In this document: positions 19,560 through 29,784 of the stretch, one piece after another
Layout of the letters: every line of letters starts with the position of its first letter
Position numbering within the stretch: the first letter of the stretch is position 1
Source of the DNA: Patescibacteria group bacterium
GTDB lineage: Bacteria; Patescibacteriota; Patescibacteriia; UBA2591; UBA6264
DNA length: 64,000 nt
Reading direction: 5' to 3'
Assembly (NCBI GenBank): GCA_021735685.1
Contig: JAIPGN010000002.1
Span: 3,183 to 67,182, forward strand
Notes under the pieces: generated by a model
What the model was told of the DNA's origin: nothing
Databases searched by the model: none
The model's input: the letters and a program-made list of their open reading frames with translations, nothing else
Translations under genes and position numbers: made by a program

Positions 19560-22500
19560 ATGTCATTTGTCCATCTCCATCTTCATAGCCACTACTCTTT
19601 GTTAGACGGCCTACCCAAGGTAGACGAAATTATCGCCGAAGCCAAAAAACAAAAAATGAAAGCAGTGGCTCTCACTGACCACGGAGTTATGTATGGTGCT
19701 ATCGAATTTTACCAAAAAGCCAAAGCCAATAACATCAAACCTATTATTGGTATGGAGGCCTATTTAGCCCCTCATGGCCTAGCTAATAAAAGAGGAAAAA
19801 TAGATGAGAAGCCCTTTCATTTAGTCCTTTTGGCTCAAAATAATAAAGGATATCAAAATTTAATAAAATTAAATAGCATCGCCCACCTTCAAGGTTTTTA
19901 TTACAAGCCTCGCTTAGACAAAAATATTCTTAAGCAACATTCCGAAGGATTAATCGCTCTGAGCGCTTGCTTGCAGGGAGAAATTCCCCGTTTAATCATC
20001 AATAATCAAACCAAAGAAGCTGAAAATTCTCTTCAAGAATATCAAAAAATATTTGGAGAGAATTTTTATTTAGAAGTACAAGATCACCCCAACTTGAGTG
20101 AACAAAAGACAGTAAATAAAATTATTTTTAAATTAGCAAAAAAATATAAAGTGGGTTTAGTGGCTACTAATGATGTTCATTACATAAAACCAGAAGACGA
20201 CGAAATTCAAGACGTTCTTCTTTGCGTTCAAACCAAACGAAAAAAAAATGACTCTGATCGTCTTTCAATGGTTGGTAATGATTTTTCTTTTCGCTCCGAA
20301 GAAAAAATGAAAGAAAGCTTTAAAGACCATCCCGAGGCTATCACCAACACGGAAAAAATCGCTGATTCTTGCTCTGTAGAAATTAAATTTGGCGAAAATA
20401 AACTTCCCTACTTTCCTTTACCAGAAAAAGAAAATGCTGATCAATTTTTAAAAGAATTCTGTTTAAGTAAAATTAAAGAGCGTTACGGAAAAAAAACCAA
20501 AGCAGTTACAGAGAGATTAGAAAAAGAATTAAACGTAATTCGTAAAACCGGATTTGCTGGCTATTTTTTAATTGTTCAAGATTTTGTCAATTGGGCTAAA
20601 ACTAATAATATCGTAGTCGGTCCAGGAAGAGGTTCGGCAGCTGGTTCTATTGTTTCTTACTTACTTAATATTACTAACATCGATCCATTGAAATACGATT
20701 TAATCTTTGAACGTTTTCTAAACGAAGATCGTATTAACATGCCTGATATTGATTTAGATTTTACTGACAAAAGACGAGACGAAGTTTTGCAATACATTGA
20801 AGAAAAATATGGCCAAGATCATGTTTCTCAAATCATTACTTTTGGAACCATGGCCGCCCGAGCGGCCATTAGAGATGTGGGTCGAGTCTTAGATTGCCCT
20901 TATTCTTTTTGTGATCGTTTAGCCAAGACCGTTCCCTTTGGCTTTAAATTAAAAAAAGCACTGGCAAGCAACCAAGAACTAAAAAAATTATACGAACAAG
21001 AGCCTGAAGCTAAAAAAATAATTGATATTGCTCAAAAAATTGAAGGAGTAATTCGACACGCTTCTAAACACGCCTGCGGTCTTTTGATTACGCCCTTACC
21101 TTTAACTGCATATGTGCCCGTGCAATATGATGTCTCTGGGCAAGAAAAAACAGTAATTTCTCAATACGACATGTATGCCGTGGAAAAATTAGGCCTTTTA
21201 AAAGTAGATCTTTTGGGGCTTAAAAATTTAAGCATCATTGAAACTGCTCTAAAAATTATTGAGCGCACCAAAGGCGATGAAATTGATGTCAATAAAGTTC
21301 CTTTAACCGATAAAAAAACCTTTAAACTTCTTCAAAAAGCACAAACTGAAGGAGTCTTTCAATTAGAGTCTGCTGGCATGCAGAAAAATCTCAAAAAGCT
21401 AAAACCGACTTGTTTTGAAGATATTATTGCTATGGTTTCCCTTTATCGACCCGGTCCCATGGAACTTATTCCAGATTACATTGCTCGTAAAAAGGGGCAA
21501 AGAAAAATTAACTATCTTCATCCAAAACTAAAGCCAATCCTAGAAAACACTTACGGTATTGCTATTTATCAGGAACAGATTTTGCGCATTGTGCGCGACT
21601 TAGCAGGCTTTTCTTTGGCAGAAGCAGATGTTTTACGAAAAGCAGTTGGGAAAAAAATAAATAAACTTCTTCAAGAGCAAAAAGAAAAATTCATTCAGGG
21701 TTGTCAAAAAAATAAAATACCCAAAGCAACTGCCCAAAAAGTTTTTGCCTTTATTGAGCCTTTTGCCCGTTATGGATTTAACCGTAGTCACGCTACTTGC
21801 TATGCCACCATCGCCTATCAAACTGCCTATCTTAAAGCTCATTATCCCACGGAATTTGTAGCAGCCCTTCTTTGCGCTGACCAGAATAATATTGATAAGA
21901 TCACAACTGAAATCAAAGCCGCCGAACAAATGGGCATTGAAATTCTTCCGCCAAACATCAACGAAAGTTTTAAAGATTTCACTGTAGTGGAAGAGAATAA
22001 AATAAGATTTGGGCTCTTGGCTATCAAAAACGTAGGCCAAGGGATATCAGAAACCGTGATTAAGGAAAGAAAAAAACATGGTGATTTTCAAAGTTTAGAA
22101 GATTTTCTAGGTCGCATTCACTCTAAAGATATGAATAAGAAATCTTTAGAAAGTTTAATTAAAAGTGGAGCTCTAGATATGCTAGGAGAAAGAAACCAAA
22201 TGTTGAATAACATTGAGACTCTTTTAGATTTTTCTCGCAAAAAACAAAAAGATAAAGCCAATGGACAAAGTACTCTTTTTGGCATGATTACATCTAGCGA
22301 TAACCAAATTAATAATCTTAATCTTAGGAATACTGCTCCAGCCAAAAGAGAAAAAAAATTACTCTGGGAAAAAGAACTTTTAGGGCTTTTTGTTTCCGAA
22401 CACCCCCTCAAAGAATACGAAAGCCTTCTTCAAAAGTACGCCACTCCAATCATAGAATTAGAAAATCAAAATTCCTCTCGAAAGATAAAGGTAGTCGGAA

Positions 22501-22760
22501 TCGCCACTAAGGTTAAAAAAATTCTCACTCGCAAAAAAGAAATGATGAAATTTGTAAAAATAGAAGATCCTTCTGGAGAGATTGAAGTTATTGTCTTCCC
22601 GAAAATGTTACAAGAAAATTCCGACCTTTGGGAAGAAAATGAAATTATTTCAGTAACTGGAAGAATTTCTCATAAAGACGACTCTCTGAAAATTATCGCT
22701 GAAAAAGCCAAAAAAGTAGAAAAAGAAACATTAGATAATTTATTGCTCAAAAATAAATAA
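19560..22760 (+). CDS. dnaE: DNA polymerase III alpha subunit
   Basis: PHP domain 'HLHLHSHYSLLDG', polymerase core, and OB fold at the C-terminus; 1066 aa. Confidence 0.95.
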   Translation: MSFVHLHLHSHYSLLDGLPKVDEIIAEAKKQKMKAVALTDHGVMYGAIEFYQKAKANNIKPIIGMEAYLAPHGLANKRGKIDEKPFHLVLLAQNNKGYQNLIKLNSIAHLQGFYYKPRLDKNILKQHSEGLIALSACLQGEIPRLIINNQTKEAENSLQEYQKIFGENFYLEVQDHPNLSEQKTVNKIIFKLAKKYKVGLVATNDVHYIKPEDDEIQDVLLCVQTKRKKNDSDRLSMVGNDFSFRSEEKMKESFKDHPEAITNTEKIADSCSVEIKFGENKLPYFPLPEKENADQFLKEFCLSKIKERYGKKTKAVTERLEKELNVIRKTGFAGYFLIVQDFVNWAKTNNIVVGPGRGSAAGSIVSYLLNITNIDPLKYDLIFERFLNEDRINMPDIDLDFTDKRRDEVLQYIEEKYGQDHVSQIITFGTMAARAAIRDVGRVLDCPYSFCDRLAKTVPFGFKLKKALASNQELKKLYEQEPEAKKIIDIAQKIEGVIRHASKHACGLLITPLPLTAYVPVQYDVSGQEKTVISQYDMYAVEKLGLLKVDLLGLKNLSIIETALKIIERTKGDEIDVNKVPLTDKKTFKLLQKAQTEGVFQLESAGMQKNLKKLKPTCFEDIIAMVSLYRPGPMELIPDYIARKKGQRKINYLHPKLKPILENTYGIAIYQEQILRIVRDLAGFSLAEADVLRKAVGKKINKLLQEQKEKFIQGCQKNKIPKATAQKVFAFIEPFARYGFNRSHATCYATIAYQTAYLKAHYPTEFVAALLCADQNNIDKITTEIKAAEQMGIEILPPNINESFKDFTVVEENKIRFGLLAIKNVGQGISETVIKERKKHGDFQSLEDFLGRIHSKDMNKKSLESLIKSGALDMLGERNQMLNNIETLLDFSRKKQKDKANGQSTLFGMITSSDNQINNLNLRNTAPAKREKKLLWEKELLGLFVSEHPLKEYESLLQKYATPIIELENQNSSRKIKVVGIATKVKKILTRKKEMMKFVKIEDPSGEIEVIVFPKMLQENSDLWEENEIISVTGRISHKDDSLKIIAEKAKKVEKETLDNLLLKNK

Positions 22761-22821
22761 AGTGATATAATCTAGCCAAGAGATCATCTATTTTCATTTA
22801 AATCAGATTATAAAACTAAGT

Positions 22822-23988
22822 ATGCCCAAAGTTTACATATCTCCTCATCAAAAAATTGGACAGCTTTTTCTTATTTTAACTGCTCTAACCATTGGAGGCA
22901 TTATTTTTGGTTTTTTTAGTTTACTTTACGGAGCAGAAATTATTATCACTCCCCAAGTTCAAGACATTGACACCAATCTCACTCTCTCCGTTAGAGAAAT
23001 TGAACCCCTTGATGTTGGAGAAGAAAAAGAAAATTACGAACCCTTTATCTTGGGAGAATTCGTAGAAATAATGAAAGAAGGAGAATTTGATTTTTCTCCT
23101 CAAAGCAATGTTTCGGTTGAGGATTATGCCGAAGGCTTAATCACCGTCAAAAATAATACTTGGAATTCGGTTACTTTTGTGGTCAGCACTCGTTTTGCTT
23201 CTCCCGAAGGTCTTATTTTTAGAGCAGTAGAAAGAATTTTTATTCCGGCTCGTGGCGAAACTGAAGTTTTGGTTCGTGCTGACAAAGTGGGAGCTGCATA
23301 TGATATTGAGCCCTGTAACTTTACTATTCCTAATTTAACTAGCCCCAGCCTGAAAGAGAATATATCTGCCTGGAGTGAAAAATCTATGTCTGGTGGGATC
23401 AAAACTACTGGAGTTATTATGCAAAGTGACATTGAACAAGCTCAACAAGAAGTGCGCGAACAATTTTACGAACAAGCAACTAAAGATATTAAAGAAATTT
23501 TTCCCGCATCTTCTAATTTTAAAATAGCTCTTCGCTCAGAAATAGTAGAAGAAAATATTAATGCTCAAGCGGGAGAAGAAAAAGGAGAATTTACCGTTGC
23601 TACTAAGATGAAAATTCAGGCCGTCGCCTTTTCAGAAGAAAAAGTTATGGATTTAGCTTTATCCTCTCTTAAGGATAAAGTAGAAAACAATAAACAATTA
23701 GTGGCTTACGAACCAGAAAGTCTTTCTTATCGTCTAATTTCATATAATTTTGCTGAAAAAAATGCTCTTCTAGAGGTTCAGGTAAGAGGCTTGACCACCC
23801 TCTCCCCTCAAAATGAAATCTTAGATGAAACTTTATTTTTTGGGATGAATCAAGCCGAAGCTCAACAATATTTAGAAGAATTACCAGAAATCCAAGAAGC
23901 TAAAATTAAATTTTGGCCATCTTGGTTAGTCAAGAAATTCCCCACTAGTAAAAATAGAATAAAAATAAGATATGAAGAAAAAATCTAA
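22822..23988 (+). CDS. Hypothetical membrane-anchored protein
   Basis: N-terminal TM 'LFLILTALTIGGIIFGFFSLL' then a 350-aa domain with no known motif. Confidence 0.5.
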   Translation: MPKVYISPHQKIGQLFLILTALTIGGIIFGFFSLLYGAEIIITPQVQDIDTNLTLSVREIEPLDVGEEKENYEPFILGEFVEIMKEGEFDFSPQSNVSVEDYAEGLITVKNNTWNSVTFVVSTRFASPEGLIFRAVERIFIPARGETEVLVRADKVGAAYDIEPCNFTIPNLTSPSLKENISAWSEKSMSGGIKTTGVIMQSDIEQAQQEVREQFYEQATKDIKEIFPASSNFKIALRSEIVEENINAQAGEEKGEFTVATKMKIQAVAFSEEKVMDLALSSLKDKVENNKQLVAYEPESLSYRLISYNFAEKNALLEVQVRGLTTLSPQNEILDETLFFGMNQAEAQQYLEELPEIQEAKIKFWPSWLVKKFPTSKNRIKIRYEEKI

Positions 23989-25783
23989 TCAGGATTCAAA
24001 TTCTGATTCTCTAGAAATTAAGAGACACTCTTGCAGTCATTTACTGGCCGCTGCTATTTTATCTTTGTACCCAAACACTAAATTTGGAATCGGTCCTGCA
24101 ATTAACAATGGCTTTTATTATGATTTAGAGCTTAAACAAGATTTAGGAACCAAGGATTTAAAGACCATTGAAAAAAAAATGCATGAATTAATCGCCAAAG
24201 ACTTAAAATTTGAAAAAAAAGTAATTAGTCTTTCTGAGGCTGAAAAACTTTTCACTCGTCTTCAGCAACCCTACAAAATTGAATTACTGCGAGACTTAAA
24301 AGAAAAAGGGAGCACTAAAATGGAAAAAGAGAAAGTCAACCAAAAAAGCGCAGAAAAAGTAACGATTTACCAACTAGGAAATTTTGTAGATCTGTGTCGT
24401 GGCCCGCACGTCTCTTCTACTAAGAAATTAAACTCTTTAGCTTTTAAACTAACCAAAGTGGCTGGAGCTTATTGGAGAGGAGACGAAAAAAATAAAATGC
24501 TAACTCGTATTTACGGTCTAGCCTTTGGTCAGAAAAAAGATTTAAAAGAATACCTAAACCAGCAAGCAGAAGCTGAAAAAAGAGACCATCGTAAACTAGG
24601 CAAAGAACTAGATTTATTTTGCTTCTCTGAATTAGTAGGACCTGGGCTTCCCTTATTTAGTCCGAAAGGAGTAATTATCATTGAACAACTAAAAAAAGAA
24701 ATAGAGAAAGTTTGCGCTGGTTATGGATTTGAAAAAGTAATGACTCCTCATTTGGCGAAAATAGAACTCTATCAACTTTCCGGACATGCCAGTAAATTCA
24801 AAAAAGAGTTATTTCGCGTTCATTCCGACCAAGGACACAATTTTGTGATGAAACCAGTTCAATGCCCTCACCAAACCCAAATCTATGCCTCCCAAAAGCG
24901 ATCTTATCGTGACCTGCCAATTAGATACATGGAGTCAGAAAAACAATACCGTGCTGAAAAAACTGGCGAAGTTGGTGGCCTTAATCGGGTTTATGCTATT
25001 ACTGTAGAAGATGGCCATTCTTTTTGCCGTGTTTCTCAAGTCAAAGAAGAAATCAAAAATATGGTAAAAATAATTAAAGACTTTTATACCTCTGTAGGGC
25101 TTTGGGAAAATCACTGGGTTTCTCTTTCTTTGCGAGATTACGAACATCAAGAAAAATATATTGGCGAACCTAAAGATTGGGATCAATGCGAAGAAATGCT
25201 TGCTGAAATATCAAAAGAAATGAATCTAAATGCCAAAAGGATTGAAGGAGAAGCTGCTCTTTATGGCCCAAAACTAGACTTTATGTTTAAAGATTCGTTA
25301 GGTAATGAAATTCAAATCCCCACGGTTCAACTTGATTTCGCCACACCTAAGCGCTTCAACCTAGTTTACACTAATGAAAAAGGAGAAGATGAATACGTGG
25401 TTATGGTTCATCGTGCTATTCTTGGCTCTTACGAACGATTTTTAGCTCTTCTAATAGAACACTTTGCTGGTGCTTTTCCAATTTGGCTCTCTCCCATCCA
25501 AGTTTACCTGACCCCAGTAGGAGAAAAGCATATACCTTTGGCTCAAAAACTAGAAAAAGAAATCAAAGAAGCTGGAATTAGAACCGAATTGGACTTAAAT
25601 AGTGAAACCGTTTCTTATCGGGTCCGCAAAGCCGAAAAACAAAAAATCCCCTACATTTTAGTCTTAGGAGATAAAGAAAAACAAGGAAATTTAAATATTA
25701 GAAAAAGAGGTGGACAAACCGAACAAATCCAAAAACAGGATTTTATTAAAAAAATATTAGAAGAAATAAGTCAAAAGAAATAA
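23972..25783 (+). CDS. thrS: Threonyl-tRNA synthetase lacking the N-terminal TGS domain
   Basis: Editing-domain 'HSCSHLLA', class II motifs, 'RDHRKLGKELDLF', C-terminal anticodon-binding domain. Confidence 0.9.
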   Translation: MKKKSNQDSNSDSLEIKRHSCSHLLAAAILSLYPNTKFGIGPAINNGFYYDLELKQDLGTKDLKTIEKKMHELIAKDLKFEKKVISLSEAEKLFTRLQQPYKIELLRDLKEKGSTKMEKEKVNQKSAEKVTIYQLGNFVDLCRGPHVSSTKKLNSLAFKLTKVAGAYWRGDEKNKMLTRIYGLAFGQKKDLKEYLNQQAEAEKRDHRKLGKELDLFCFSELVGPGLPLFSPKGVIIIEQLKKEIEKVCAGYGFEKVMTPHLAKIELYQLSGHASKFKKELFRVHSDQGHNFVMKPVQCPHQTQIYASQKRSYRDLPIRYMESEKQYRAEKTGEVGGLNRVYAITVEDGHSFCRVSQVKEEIKNMVKIIKDFYTSVGLWENHWVSLSLRDYEHQEKYIGEPKDWDQCEEMLAEISKEMNLNAKRIEGEAALYGPKLDFMFKDSLGNEIQIPTVQLDFATPKRFNLVYTNEKGEDEYVVMVHRAILGSYERFLALLIEHFAGAFPIWLSPIQVYLTPVGEKHIPLAQKLEKEIKEAGIRTELDLNSETVSYRVRKAEKQKIPYILVLGDKEKQGNLNIRKRGGQTEQIQKQDFIKKILEEISQKK

Positions 25784-25808
25784 GTCAAAAAAGTTAAATA
25801 AAACCAAA

Positions 25809-25950
25809 ACCGTCAAAATTTTAACGCTTTTGCTTGGGGTCTGACCCCAAAAACTGCCTCTCGAAAACTAGCTCTCTGTGCTTGTTTCCAGGGCAATTAT
25901 TCAAAAACGTTAATTTTTTAACGCTTTTGCTTGGGGTCTGACCCCAACTA
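25809..25950. promoter_or_regulatory. Duplicated upstream module: [ttttaac-gcttttgctt-GGGGTCTGACCCC] x2
   Basis: Perfect 13-bp dyads at 25835-25847 and 25934-25946; 'gttaattttttaac' at 25909-25922. Same elements as upstream of topA. Confidence 0.4.
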
Positions 25951-25971
25951 ATAAAATTAATTTTAGAAATT

Positions 25972-27849
25972 ATGAAAAAGGTTAAAAAAAATAAAAGTTT
26001 AAGAAAAATTATTTTAAGTTTAATGTTAATAGGAGCGATTGGGTCCTCCCTCTTGCTTGCAAATCCCTTACAAGCACAAACCGAAAACGAAAGCACTCCT
26101 ACTTTAATCTCTAATGCTGAAGCGGACGAAAACGTTACAGCCGTAGATTTAGGGATCAAAGAACCTAAAATGTTTTCCAATAACTTCTTTTATTCTTTAA
26201 AAGAAGCCTGGAATAGCATCGATATGGCTCTCACCTTTAACCCCACAAAAAAAGCTGAAAAACAAATGAAAAGAGCCAGCGAAAAATTGATTGAGGCTAA
26301 AAAATTGATTGAAGAAAAGAACCAACCAGAGAGAGCCAATAAAGCCCTACAAAAATACGAACAACAAATGTCCCGTTTCCAAAAAACAGTAAAAAGAATA
26401 GAACAAAAAGGAGAAGCTAATCTAGAAAAATTAACTGATCGCATTGTTGATAATTCTTGGCAACACCAAAATTTAATCAATGCTCTAGAAAAAAAGATTG
26501 ATCCTCAATACTTCCAAGAAGTCGAACAAGCTCGCGAACAAAGTCTCCAAGCAGCCAGTGCTATTATTGAAAAATTTATTCCGGAAGAAAAAATGGAAGA
26601 AAAAATGGAATCTTTATTAAATAAACAAAAAGGTAGCGAATTTAAAGATTTGCAAAACTTACAAAACCTCAAAAGCATTGAAGGAAAAATTAGTTCAGAA
26701 AAGAAAGAAAAAATTCAAGCCATTCAAAAAAAGGTTTCTAAAGAATTCTTTGAAAAAATGGAAGCGATGGATCAAGACAAAAAATCAGAGGCAGAATCTT
26801 ATTTAAAAGAAATCGGCGGAAACGAGTTACAAAAATTAAAAATTATAGAAGAAGTTTCCCAAAGAGATAATTGGATAAACAGTGATCGCATTAAAGAGGA
26901 AATTGTAAAAAAAGCTGGACAAAAAATAGAATTACTCTCAGAGGAAGATCAGAAAGATTATCTAAAAAATCTCTCCCAAAGCGGCGATCTTAGTGAATTA
27001 AGACTAATTAAAGATCTAGAATACAGTCTATCTTCTTCTGATTCCGTTAAAGGTAAAATCCAAGAGGCTAAAGAAGAGATCTTAAGGAAAATTAATCAAA
27101 ACCTAAACACTTCAGAGGGTAGCGAGCGAGTTTTCAGAATTTCTAACCAAAACGACGTTGAGCAATTAGATGCCCTTGAAGAAATCAAAAAATCTCTTCC
27201 CTCTGAAAAACAAGAAGCCTTAAAAGAGATGGAAGAAAAGATTGCTAATAATATCCGACAAAAGATTTCCAGTGCAAACAATGCTGAAGAAAAAGAAAAT
27301 GTATTAAATCAAATCGCCAGCGATCAACCCGAATTAATGAAAGTTATTCAAAGCTCAAAAGCCTTAGATCAAAACACCAAAGCAGAAATCCTTAAAAAAC
27401 AAACAGAAAAAATAGAAAAAAGAATCCAAACCAGTAAAGATTCGGCGACCTTAGAAAAACTACAAGAAAGAGTCAGAAAAGAAGAACAGAAAGGAGAGCC
27501 GTCTGGAGAAATGATAAAAGTTAGAGAAAGAATTGAAGAAAAAATGGAAGAAATACAAAAAGAAGAAAAAAGAATTAATCAACCTTCTTCAGAAACAAAC
27601 CGCCCTAGGCTCAATAATTCTTTAGAAAATAATGAGACCAAAGAAGGAGGAGAGACGAATTTACCCGGAATTCAAGATTCTGCGCCCCCTCCTGAAACCG
27701 ACAAGCAAATAATAAACCTTCCTTCTGTAGAGCCACTTAATCCTCAAATAAGGAAAGAGGGTGATAACGAACAATCAATCCAATCTGAAAACTCGTCTCC
27801 ATCTCTTTCTTCAGAAGAAAACCAAAAAAATCAACAAGGGCGACGATAA
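25972..27849 (+). CDS. Secreted Lys/Glu-rich coiled-coil protein
   Basis: Signal peptide 'LMLIGAIGSSLLLANPLQAQ'; about 550 aa of heptad-like K/E-rich sequence; Pro/Ser-rich C-terminus. Confidence 0.55.
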   Translation: MKKVKKNKSLRKIILSLMLIGAIGSSLLLANPLQAQTENESTPTLISNAEADENVTAVDLGIKEPKMFSNNFFYSLKEAWNSIDMALTFNPTKKAEKQMKRASEKLIEAKKLIEEKNQPERANKALQKYEQQMSRFQKTVKRIEQKGEANLEKLTDRIVDNSWQHQNLINALEKKIDPQYFQEVEQAREQSLQAASAIIEKFIPEEKMEEKMESLLNKQKGSEFKDLQNLQNLKSIEGKISSEKKEKIQAIQKKVSKEFFEKMEAMDQDKKSEAESYLKEIGGNELQKLKIIEEVSQRDNWINSDRIKEEIVKKAGQKIELLSEEDQKDYLKNLSQSGDLSELRLIKDLEYSLSSSDSVKGKIQEAKEEILRKINQNLNTSEGSERVFRISNQNDVEQLDALEEIKKSLPSEKQEALKEMEEKIANNIRQKISSANNAEEKENVLNQIASDQPELMKVIQSSKALDQNTKAEILKKQTEKIEKRIQTSKDSATLEKLQERVRKEEQKGEPSGEMIKVRERIEEKMEEIQKEEKRINQPSSETNRPRLNNSLENNETKEGGETNLPGIQDSAPPPETDKQIINLPSVEPLNPQIRKEGDNEQSIQSENSSPSLSSEENQKNQQGRR

Positions 27850-27871
27850 AATTTCTAAAAAATCCCCAAAG

Positions 27872-29116
27872 ATGAAATACTATATTGCCACTTATGGTTG
27901 CCAAATGAATAAGGCTGATTCTGAAAAAATAGCCTTTATTCTCGAAAAAGCAAAATGTCAATCAGCCCCCCGTCCAGAAGGGGCTGATTTGATTGTGGTT
28001 AATATGTGCTCTGTTCGTCAATCAGCAGTTGACCGAATTTATGGTATTAGTCAAAGAATAAAGGAAATAAAAAAGAGAAAGCCAAAGATTAAAACTATTC
28101 TCACTGGTTGTATTTTGGAAAAAGATCGCCTAAAAATGAAAAATAAGTTTGATCAAATTTTAAGCATTCCTGAAATTAACCAAATCTTTTCCGAAAACCC
28201 TTCCTCTTCTCATTATTTAAACTTAAAAACGAAACTCTCCTCTGAATTCTCTGCCTATGTGCCAATTATGACCGGTTGTAATAATTTTTGTTCTTACTGC
28301 GTAGTTCCTTATACGCGCGGCCGAGAATACTCTCGCCCGGCTACGGAAATAATAAAAGAAATAAAAGAGCTAATCAGAAAAAAGAAATATAGAGAAATCA
28401 TCCTTTTAGGACAAAATGTTAACTCCTATCATGACCCTCAAGGTAGAAACTTTCCTGATCTTCTGCAAACAATTGCCGAATTGCCAGGAAATTTTTGGAT
28501 TAACTTTTTAACCTCTCACCCCAAAGACCTCTCTCCTCAACTAATTGAAGTAATGGCTACTTATGACAAAATTTGTCCCTACCTCCACTTAGCTCTTCAG
28601 TCGGGAGACAACGATATTCTGCGCTCTATGAACAGAAAATACACTATTGAAAAATTTGAAAAAATCATTAATCAGGCCCGAAAAAAAATTCCTCAACTCA
28701 ATGTTTCTACAGATATCATTGTCGGTTTTCCCGGAGAAAGCAAAAAGCAATTCAATAACACTAAAAAAGCTATGCAAAGAATAAAATTTGATATGGCCTA
28801 TATTGCTCAATTTTCTCCTCGACCAGGCACTCGAGCTCATCAAATGATTGACAATATCTCCCCTTGTCAAAAAAAGAAAAGAGATAAAATTTTAAATAAA
28901 ATCCTATCTCAAACTGCCTTGGCTAATAATAAAAAATATGTAGGACAAAAAATAAAAGCCCTAATTGTTAACAATCAAGAAGCCAAATCATTCAATTTTA
29001 AAAAAATAAAATTATTAAGTCCTGCGCCTTTGGGTAGCTTCGTTGATTGTGAAATCACCACAGCCCAAACTTGGCGTTTAATCGGCCAACCTCTGAATTC
29101 TACGAAAGATGGTTAA
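27872..29116 (+). CDS. miaB: tRNA-i6A37 methylthiotransferase MiaB (radical SAM). The ORF-track start at 27761 is an over-extension
   Basis: 'MKYYIATYGCQMNKADSE' UPF0004 N-terminus at the ATG 27872, after the previous stop at 27849; 'CNNFCSYCVVPYTRG'; TRAM C-domain. Confidence 0.8.
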   Translation: MKYYIATYGCQMNKADSEKIAFILEKAKCQSAPRPEGADLIVVNMCSVRQSAVDRIYGISQRIKEIKKRKPKIKTILTGCILEKDRLKMKNKFDQILSIPEINQIFSENPSSSHYLNLKTKLSSEFSAYVPIMTGCNNFCSYCVVPYTRGREYSRPATEIIKEIKELIRKKKYREIILLGQNVNSYHDPQGRNFPDLLQTIAELPGNFWINFLTSHPKDLSPQLIEVMATYDKICPYLHLALQSGDNDILRSMNRKYTIEKFEKIINQARKKIPQLNVSTDIIVGFPGESKKQFNNTKKAMQRIKFDMAYIAQFSPRPGTRAHQMIDNISPCQKKKRDKILNKILSQTALANNKKYVGQKIKALIVNNQEAKSFNFKKIKLLSPAPLGSFVDCEITTAQTWRLIGQPLNSTKDG

Positions 29117-29758
29117 ATAAACCCCAATTAAAAGAATACTTAAGGGAATCAAACTCCAGGACCAATTAAAACGAACAATAGTATTATAAAGTCCATGCAA
29201 AAGCAAAACCCAAACTAAGCCCTTAAAAGGAGATTGAGATTTGAATTTAGCTAAAGCCCAGTAATAACCAATTATTCCTCCTGTCAAAAAATGAAGAAGA
29301 GTGGCCGTCAATCCTCGGCCAAGAATCAAGGAGCTACCGAGCCAAATATTTTCGGCCGACAAAAAAGCATAAAGAATGTTTTCCGCAAAAGCAAAACCTA
29401 AACCTAAAACCATTCCGTAAATAAAACCATCTCTAACTTGATTAAAATGATGCCGAGAGTAAACCCCTAAACGAAAAAGAAAATACTTGCCAGTCTCTTC
29501 TAAGAGAGAATCAATTAAAAAAGAAAGAACTATGACTCTAATAATAGCACCACCTCCCCAAAACTTTTCACCCCAAAAAGTCAAATAGCCAGTAATTAGC
29601 ATCAGGGGAAAAGTTACCAAAGCTCCCAAAAGAAAAACTTTGAAAATCTCTCTTTTGGGTTCAGGGGCAGATCGATCCCAGAATAAACAAATAAAAAGCC
29701 AAAAAGCAATCGGCAAAAAACTAAAAAACATATAGAACAAAAGGTCACGCCAAAACAT
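29078..29758 (-). CDS. PrsW/CPBP-family intramembrane protease
   Basis: 6-7 TM helices; 'LLEETGKYFLFR' (EE..K), 'FAENILY', 'HGLYN' resemble PrsW motifs. Confidence 0.45.
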   Translation of the reverse strand: MFWRDLLFYMFFSFLPIAFWLFICLFWDRSAPEPKREIFKVFLLGALVTFPLMLITGYLTFWGEKFWGGGAIIRVIVLSFLIDSLLEETGKYFLFRLGVYSRHHFNQVRDGFIYGMVLGLGFAFAENILYAFLSAENIWLGSSLILGRGLTATLLHFLTGGIIGYYWALAKFKSQSPFKGLVWVLLLHGLYNTIVRFNWSWSLIPLSILLIGVYLTIFRRIQRLAD

Positions 29759-29784
29759 AAAAACTTAACTTTATTGGATTAAAA

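Noticed and set aside
21633-22411. Minus-strand ORFs inside dnaE (21633-22040, 21842-22027, 22118-22411)
   Set aside because: Fully nested antisense to a well-supported essential gene. AT-rich low-complexity translations.
27761-27871. Upstream extension of the miaB ORF overlapping the preceding gene
   Set aside because: The MiaB N-terminal domain begins exactly at ATG 27872, after the previous gene's stop at 27849. The extension translates to low-complexity K-rich sequence in another gene's 3' end.
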